From positions 6,285-70,284 of the forward strand of contig JAFAFW010000066.1 in NCBI GenBank assembly GCA_023423275.1: 64,000 nucleotides of DNA, written 5' to 3'. The notes beneath the pieces were generated by a model. The model was not told the origin of the DNA. It was given only the letters and a program-made list of their open reading frames with translations, and searched no databases. A program made the position numbers and the translations under genes. Source of the DNA: Pseudomonadota bacterium (lineage in GTDB: Bacteria > Pseudomonadota > Alphaproteobacteria > Rhizobiales > Hyphomicrobiaceae). Shown one piece after another: positions 58,106-64,000 of this stretch; positions within the stretch are counted from its first letter, which is position 1, and every line of letters starts with the position of its first letter.

Positions 58106-58583
58106 CGCAAGCCAGGGAGGCGATGATCAGGCGTTGGTCATCGTTAACGCCTGGAGATTAATGCCCCGTAACCTCTTCCGTGCACCTCATAGGGGATCAG
58201 TCAGGCGAGAAAGAGGCGTCGTCGTTTCAGACGACGATGCCAAAGGTGCCGCTTGGGATGCTGTCGGCGAAGCGCGGCGAACCCACCTCAGGATCCCTTG
58301 TTCGTACATGGAAATCACTCCGCGCTCTTGCTGCGGGGCAGCAAACCACTGCAACCATTTGGACAAGGTGCCCCGCCGCTTGATATAGCCACGCAGTGTT
58401 AGCCGCGTCTCCAGCATTCCGTCCTTATAGCGGTAGCGCCAAGCACCGTCGCCGTAGGTGAATTCTCCCCCCAGAATGCGCGCAGCTTTAAGGCTCTAAC
58501 TTGCCTCCCACCCGATTGTCACACACTGTCACAATGCAGGCCGGCGTTGGTCTGTCTACGTCAGATTTCGCACGAATGATTGG

Positions 58584-58620
58584 AAAAATGGAAAGGCCGC
58601 CCAGCAGGGTGGGCGGCCTT
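58584..58620 (-). terminator. Terminator hairpin after the L,D-transpeptidase gene
   Basis: AAGGCCGCCC-N8-GGGCGGCCTT followed on the - strand by TCCATTTTT. Confidence 0.7.
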
Positions 58621-58652
58621 ATTGATATTCAACTTTAGGTAGATTTTCTCGA

Positions 58653-60542
58653 TCAATTCCCCAAAATTCTACGCGCCCAGTCCGGCGTGTTGGATGAGCT
58701 GAAGGCGCCGCCGCCGCCGCTCGAGCCGCTAGACCGCGTCTCTGCGAGGCGGCTCACGGCCCCGGCGCGCACCGGTCCCAGATCGTCCTTCTTCTTGACG
58801 ATCAGGTGGGCCTTGCCATCGATCCCCATCTGGATCCGCGACTCGTGGCTGTAGATGTCGGCAAAAGTCTTCACCTTGCCGTCGTCTCCCACCCATGCCG
58901 TGAAGTACGTCATGTGCACGGGAATCTTGTTGTCGAGGGTGATGTTGTTGTTCTCCTGACCGCCCTTCAGCAGTGAAGCGATCCGGCGGCCGTCCCAGCC
59001 TTTGTCCTGCTCCAGCAAAACTTCCGCGAAGCGTTGCGGATTGCGCACCCGCATGCAGCCGTGGCTGAACGTGCGCTGGGAGGAGTTGAACAGGTTCTTG
59101 GTCGGCGTGTCGTGCATGTAGACCTGATGCTTGTTCGGGAACATGAACTTCATCTGACCAAGCACGTTGCCGCGGCCGGGCGGCTGGTAAACGTGGAAAT
59201 TCCGGATATCGGCTTGCGACCAGTCGACATTCTCGGGGTCGATGTCGCGGCCGCGGTACTGGATCCGGAGGCCGTTCTTCGCCATCACGCCGCTTCCGCG
59301 AGCCAAGCCCGGGAGGATCTCCTTGACCTTGATGCTGTCAGGGACGCCCCAGAACGGGTGGAACACGATGAACGCCATTTTGTCGGAGAAGACCGGTGTT
59401 TGCGTATCGCGCTTGCCGACGATCAGGCGCTCCGTAAAGATGGGCTCACCGTGCTTCATGACGCGCAGCGTGAATTCCGGAATGTTGGCCCAGACATGGA
59501 ACTGTCCGAGGTCCTCCGGCATCCAGCGCCACTGCTCCATGTTCACCAGCAGCTTGCGCAGCGTCACCTTTTCCGCCGGCTCGCTCTTCTTGGCTTTACG
59601 CTTCGTGCGGCCCTTCGCGGGGGCTTCGTCCTCTTCATCCTCATTGTCGGCGACAGCTTGAGGAACGCCGTTGCGGAGAGCGAGGTAAGCCTGACGCAGC
59701 TTCTCGAACTGCGGATGCTGAGGGTGAAGTTTACGCAGATAGGCATCGGCCGCATCCGACGCGGCGACACCGGCTAGCACCTCTGCAGCCGGCACGAGAG
59801 GCAGATCGCGATCGATGTAGTTCGATAGATCTTTCGGGTCCATGCGCCCGCCGCGGGCATGATCCGCGTACTTGAGAACCGCGAGGGACAGGGCGAGCTC
59901 AGCCCCGGCGATATCCGCCGGCTCGGTCGTGGCAGGAGCCGACGGGAGCTCGAATGCCGATGCCTCAAGGCCCCAGTCGTCAGCTTGCCGGATTTCCGCG
60001 AGGGCCGTCTTGGCGCGCGCGGTGAAGTCGGTGCCGCTGACCCACAAAAGGTCGGCGCCGCGGGTTTCATAAAACTCAGTCAGCGCGGCGCGGTCAGCCT
60101 TCGAAATTCCCTTCCTGTCCGCTATGAGGCGCAGCATCTCCGTCTGCAGCGGATCGATGACGGGTTCGGCTGCCGTCACTTCCGATGCCGGCTGATCACC
60201 GGACTGGGTCTCTACTGCGGCAGGAGCAGCAGTCTCGGTCGACGAGGCATCACCACCGGTGGCGGGCTGGTCGGAGCTGGCGCCCGCGGGATCATTCGTG
60301 CGCTGAGGCGTCTCAACGACAGGTTCGAGGGGTTCGCCCTCCTTGAACAGAGAGCCGTCACCGCTTGGAGCATTTGAAGCATCGCCGCTTCCGGCAGCAT
60401 CGCCTGTCGACGGCAGCGCGTCGGAGTTCGAATCCACCGCATCCGTCGTTTGCGGTGCTGACTGAGTGGTTGCGAAAACTGGTCCGGCTACCAATGCAGC
60501 AGACAGGCAAAGGCCGGTGAACAAGGTCGCGGTCAAACGCAT
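58653..60542 (-). CDS. L,D-transpeptidase (YcbB/LdtD-like)
   Basis: Signal peptide; NMEQWRW, KFMFPN, YMHDTP and SHGCMR motifs. Confidence 0.92.
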   Translation of the reverse strand: MRLTATLFTGLCLSAALVAGPVFATTQSAPQTTDAVDSNSDALPSTGDAAGSGDASNAPSGDGSLFKEGEPLEPVVETPQRTNDPAGASSDQPATGGDASSTETAAPAAVETQSGDQPASEVTAAEPVIDPLQTEMLRLIADRKGISKADRAALTEFYETRGADLLWVSGTDFTARAKTALAEIRQADDWGLEASAFELPSAPATTEPADIAGAELALSLAVLKYADHARGGRMDPKDLSNYIDRDLPLVPAAEVLAGVAASDAADAYLRKLHPQHPQFEKLRQAYLALRNGVPQAVADNEDEEDEAPAKGRTKRKAKKSEPAEKVTLRKLLVNMEQWRWMPEDLGQFHVWANIPEFTLRVMKHGEPIFTERLIVGKRDTQTPVFSDKMAFIVFHPFWGVPDSIKVKEILPGLARGSGVMAKNGLRIQYRGRDIDPENVDWSQADIRNFHVYQPPGRGNVLGQMKFMFPNKHQVYMHDTPTKNLFNSSQRTFSHGCMRVRNPQRFAEVLLEQDKGWDGRRIASLLKGGQENNNITLDNKIPVHMTYFTAWVGDDGKVKTFADIYSHESRIQMGIDGKAHLIVKKKDDLGPVRAGAVSRLAETRSSGSSGGGGAFSSSNTPDWARRILGN

Positions 60543-60654
60543 TAACAGTCCTCCTAGCGGCGGGTGCACGCTATCTCACCAAGAGCGCCACCGCCAGCAT
60601 GATCATCTCCACCTTTGAGGCGGTAGCGATTTGTTGAAACTGTGACGAAAGGCA

Positions 60655-60677
60655 AACGGCCCGCAAGGCGGGCCGTT
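60655..60677 (-). terminator. Hairpin downstream of the sigma-54 activator gene
   Basis: Perfect stem AACGGCCCGC-AAG-GCGGGCCGTT; short U tract. Confidence 0.6.
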
Positions 60678-60713
60678 CCATGATTGGTTAACAATTACTT
60701 GATCTTTGATCTG

Positions 60714-62222
60714 TCAGTTCGGACGCGGCTCTAGCCCATATTCCTGCATCTTGCGGTACAGGGTCGATCGTCCGATGCCGAGACGTTTGGCAACTTCCGT
60801 CATATGACCGCGATAACGGCCCAGGGCTAGGCGGATCATATCCGCTTCCATATCGACCAGCGAACGGACCTCACCGCTTTCCGTCACGGCGGCAATGCCG
60901 ATCGATCCGCCATTCGTCTCGCGCTTGACCTCCATGGTCTTGGGCACGGTGGCCTCGGCACCCAGCAATGCCGGGCCGGTGTAAGGCGCAGGTGTCTCGG
61001 GCGTCGCGGGTGCGGCAGGGATTTCGGGTGCAAAGCCGTCCACATGCATGGCGATCTGCGGGAATTCGGCGACCGTGAGCTCCGGTCCGTCGGCCAGAAC
61101 GACCGCACGGAAAACGGCGTTTTCGAGCTGGCGAACGTTCCCCGGCCACGGGTAGCGCAGCAGAAGCTGCATTGCCTGTTCACCGATCGAGGTTACGCGT
61201 TTGCCTTCCTCTGCTGCAAAGCGGGCGAGGAAATGACGAGCAAGATCAGGCACATCGCCAATGCGTTCGCGCAAAGGCGGCACGCGGATCGGAAATACGT
61301 TGAGACGATAGTAGAGGTCCTCGCGGAAGCGGCCGGCTTTCACCAGCTCGATCATGTCGCGATTGGTTGCTGAAATCAGGCGGATGTTGACCTTCACAGG
61401 GCGCTTGGAACCGACGGGATCGATCTCACCTTCCTGCAGCGCACGCAGCAGTTTCACCTGCGCCTCAAGCGGAAGTTCGCCGACCTCGTCGAGGAACAGC
61501 GTGCCGCCGTCGGCCTCCTGGAATTTGCCGATGCGCTTGTCGACGGCGCCCGTGAACGAGCCTTTCTCATGGCCGAACAGGATGCTTTCGACCAGATTTT
61601 CCGGGATGGCGCCGCAATTTACGGTGACGATCGGCTTGCCGGCGCGGTCGCTCTCGCCCTGGATGGCGCGGGCGATCAGTTCTTTGCCGACGCCGGATTC
61701 ACCTTCTATGAGGACGGGGATCTGCGAGCCGGCGGCACGGCGGCCAAGCGACACGACACGCTGGATCGCCTCGGAACCCGCGATCAGGTCATTGAAAGTC
61801 AGATTGCCTTCGACCTTCTTCTTGATGCGCGTGATCTCGCCGGAGAGCGCCTCGATCTTGAGGGCGCTTTTGATCGAAACTTCCAGACGCTCGGGGCTTG
61901 CGGGCTTCACCACGAAATCGATGGCGCCGCCACGCATGGCATTGATGGCGCTGTCGATTGAGCCGTGTGCGGTCTGCACGATGACGGGCGGTGCGTCCGG
62001 CTTACCGTTGAGCTCATCGAGCACCGCCTGGCCACCGGCACCCGGCATGACCATGTCGAGCAGCACCAGAGCGATGTCGCCGCGGTCCGGCCCGGTCAGT
62101 ACCTGAAGGGCTTGCTCGCCAGAGGACGCGGTGCGGGTGTCGTGACCGAACCGCTTGATGCATTCTTCCAGAATACGCCTCTGGACGGGATCGTCATCGA
62201 CGATCAATACGCGCTTTGCCAT
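60714..62222 (-). CDS. Sigma-54-dependent response regulator (REC-AAA+-Fis HTH)
   Basis: GESGVGKE, GSFTGA, FLDEVGE, WPGNVRQL and GIGRSTLYRK motifs. Confidence 0.93.
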   Translation of the reverse strand: MAKRVLIVDDDPVQRRILEECIKRFGHDTRTASSGEQALQVLTGPDRGDIALVLLDMVMPGAGGQAVLDELNGKPDAPPVIVQTAHGSIDSAINAMRGGAIDFVVKPASPERLEVSIKSALKIEALSGEITRIKKKVEGNLTFNDLIAGSEAIQRVVSLGRRAAGSQIPVLIEGESGVGKELIARAIQGESDRAGKPIVTVNCGAIPENLVESILFGHEKGSFTGAVDKRIGKFQEADGGTLFLDEVGELPLEAQVKLLRALQEGEIDPVGSKRPVKVNIRLISATNRDMIELVKAGRFREDLYYRLNVFPIRVPPLRERIGDVPDLARHFLARFAAEEGKRVTSIGEQAMQLLLRYPWPGNVRQLENAVFRAVVLADGPELTVAEFPQIAMHVDGFAPEIPAAPATPETPAPYTGPALLGAEATVPKTMEVKRETNGGSIGIAAVTESGEVRSLVDMEADMIRLALGRYRGHMTEVAKRLGIGRSTLYRKMQEYGLEPRPN

Positions 62223-62473
62223 GGAACAACTCGGAACTCACGCTACACAAACCCTTGCGCGGCGTACGAGGCAAACTGCTTCGCGGCGGCACGCTGGGCA
62301 TAACCAACGCCCAGACACTCGCACGACAGCGGTAAACAAGGAGTTGCCGTTGGAACCAAGCTGACGCTTCCGGCGCTTGCGATTGATTCAGCATTGCTTG
62401 AATAGACCGCTGACGTCTCGCACATTAGAGATCATCCCATTTCCCGATTCAGCACCAATTGAGGAGCGGCAGA

Positions 62474-64000
62474 ATGGTCGCGCAGCTCGGAAAAACCTTC
62501 ATGCCGGCTTGGGCAGCCTCTCCAGGAGGGGCCGTCGCGGACAGTACGGCGGACTTGGGCGCCATGCCTGAATGGAACCTCGCCGATCTCTACACGGCGC
62601 CTGACGCGCCGGAGGTCGAGAAGGATTTCGCACAGGCTGCAGCTGCGGCGAAACGGCTCAAGGAGACGTATCAGGGCAAGTTGACCGAACTTGCGGCCGA
62701 CCCGGCAGCCATCGCCGAGGCCGTTAAGGCTTACGAAGGGATTGCCGATACGCTGGGTCGTCTCGGATCGTATGCGGGACTTCGCTACGCCGCCAATCAG
62801 GCCGATCCGGACCGCGCCAAATTCTACGGCGACACCAGCGAGAAGCTGACGGCCATCTCCACCGATCTGCTGTTCTTCGAATTGGAGCTGAACAAGATCG
62901 ACGATGAGGTGCTGGCCAAGGCGCTGAAGCATCCGGAACTGGCGCGCTACAAGCCGTGGTTCGATGACCTGCGGAAGGAAAAGCCCTATCAGCTCGATGA
63001 GAAGCTGGAGCAGCTCTTCCACGAGAAATCGCAGACCTCGCGCGGCGCCTGGGACCGTCTGTTCAACGAGACGATGACCGGCCTGCGTTTTCCGGTCGAA
63101 GGCGCGCCGGAGCCACTGGCTCTGGAACCGACGTTGAACCTGCTGACCAACGCTGACGCCAGCCGACGCAAGGCCGGTGCGGAAGCGCTCGCGGTGGTGT
63201 TCAAGGACAATCTGCGGCTGTTCACGCTGATCACCAACACGCTGGCGAAGGATAAGGAAATCTCCGACCGCTGGCGCGGGTTCAAGGACGTGGCCGACTC
63301 TCGGCATCTGGCGAACAAGGTCGAGGCGCCGGTGGTCGATGCACTCGTTGCGGCCGTGCGCGAAAGCTATCCGAAACTGTCGCATCGCTATTACGCGATG
63401 AAGGCGCGCTGGCTCGGCATGAAGCGGCTGGCGCACTGGGATCGCAACGCGCCGCTACCCGATAAGCCAGAGCGCGTCATTCCCTGGAGCGAGGCGCGCG
63501 ATCTCGTGATGACGGCTTACAATGGTTTCGCGCCGGAAATGGCCAACATCGCCGGGAAATTCTTCGATCGGAACTGGATCGATGCGCCCGTGCGGCCGGG
63601 CAAGGCACCCGGGGCGTTCGCGCATCCGACGGTGCCCTCGGCCCATCCTTATGTGCTGCTCAACTATCAGGGCAAATCGCGGGATGTGATGACGCTGGCG
63701 CATGAGCTCGGCCATGGCGTGCATCAGGTTCTGGCTGCACCTCAAGGCCCGCTGCTGTCACAGACGCCGCTGACGCTTGCGGAAACCGCATCGGTATTCG
63801 GCGAGATGCTGACGTTCCAGGCTTTGCTGAAGGACGCGAAGGAGCCGCGCGAGCGCAAAGCCCTCATCGCCGGAAAGGTCGAGGATATGCTGAACACAGT
63901 TGTTCGGCAGATCGCCTTCTACAACTTTGAGCGCAAAGTGCACGAGGCGCGTCGCAAGGGCGAGCTGACGCCGGAGCAGGTGAATGACCTCTGGATGAGT
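62474..64000 (+). CDS. pepF: M3 family oligoendopeptidase F, 3' end runs off the window
   Basis: Manual frame MVAQLG...MPEWNLADLY...WDRNAPL...GKAPGAF...LAHELGHGVHQ...LAETASVFGE; not in the ORF track. Confidence 0.92.
   Translation, partial: MVAQLGKTFMPAWAASPGGAVADSTADLGAMPEWNLADLYTAPDAPEVEKDFAQAAAAAKRLKETYQGKLTELAADPAAIAEAVKAYEGIADTLGRLGSYAGLRYAANQADPDRAKFYGDTSEKLTAISTDLLFFELELNKIDDEVLAKALKHPELARYKPWFDDLRKEKPYQLDEKLEQLFHEKSQTSRGAWDRLFNETMTGLRFPVEGAPEPLALEPTLNLLTNADASRRKAGAEALAVVFKDNLRLFTLITNTLAKDKEISDRWRGFKDVADSRHLANKVEAPVVDALVAAVRESYPKLSHRYYAMKARWLGMKRLAHWDRNAPLPDKPERVIPWSEARDLVMTAYNGFAPEMANIAGKFFDRNWIDAPVRPGKAPGAFAHPTVPSAHPYVLLNYQGKSRDVMTLAHELGHGVHQVLAAPQGPLLSQTPLTLAETASVFGEMLTFQALLKDAKEPRERKALIAGKVEDMLNTVVRQIAFYNFERKVHEARRKGELTPEQVNDLWMS

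Noticed and set aside
58516..58534. Pho box
   Set aside because: Repeat spacing is 10 bp rather than the 11 bp expected for PhoB
62224..62237. LexA box (GAAC...GAAC) before the sigma-54 activator
   Set aside because: Spacer is 6 nt, not 7
1..64000. CRISPR array, IS element, prophage or retron
   Set aside because: No regularly spaced repeats, transposase, integrase, phage structural or reverse-transcriptase motifs seen

Overview
High-GC chromosomal segment of an alphaproteobacterium. The gene set (GapR/DUF2312, MbfA with an Irr box, a CpdR-like regulator, zinc-independent L36) points to Hyphomicrobiales, possibly Hyphomicrobiaceae; this is inference. Most of it is housekeeping: pccA/pccB, rluC-HAD-ATP12, crcB, gloB, hisC-tyrC-chaC, class II ribonucleotide reductase nrdJ, ftsEX-ydcF-plsC, hpt, metA, moaA, ggt, lipB, tRNA-Leu(GAG), mbfA, apbC, mobAB, rpmJ, pyk, glycerate kinase, gapR, a YcbK/YcbB peptidoglycan pair, a sigma-54 activator and pepF. 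I saw no prophage, IS element, integrase or CRISPR array. Reading the sequence directly turned up several things absent from the ORF track: a sulfotransferase-like gene running off the left edge; a 29-aa Lys/Ala/Pro histone-H1-like micro-ORF divergent from an HdfR-like LysR gene, with a LysR box, four GANTC sites and two hairpins between them; a SAM-I/IV riboswitch before metA; a LexA-type box before nrdJ; a CtrA-type box before mazEF; and two diverged copies of a palindromic REP/MITE-like element. Other oddities are an orphan Tae4-type amidase beside a small two-helix membrane protein, an HCF101-like ApbC-DUF971 fusion and a catalytically degenerate subtilisin. All calls come from motif recognition by eye; no database search was run, and some start codons are uncertain.
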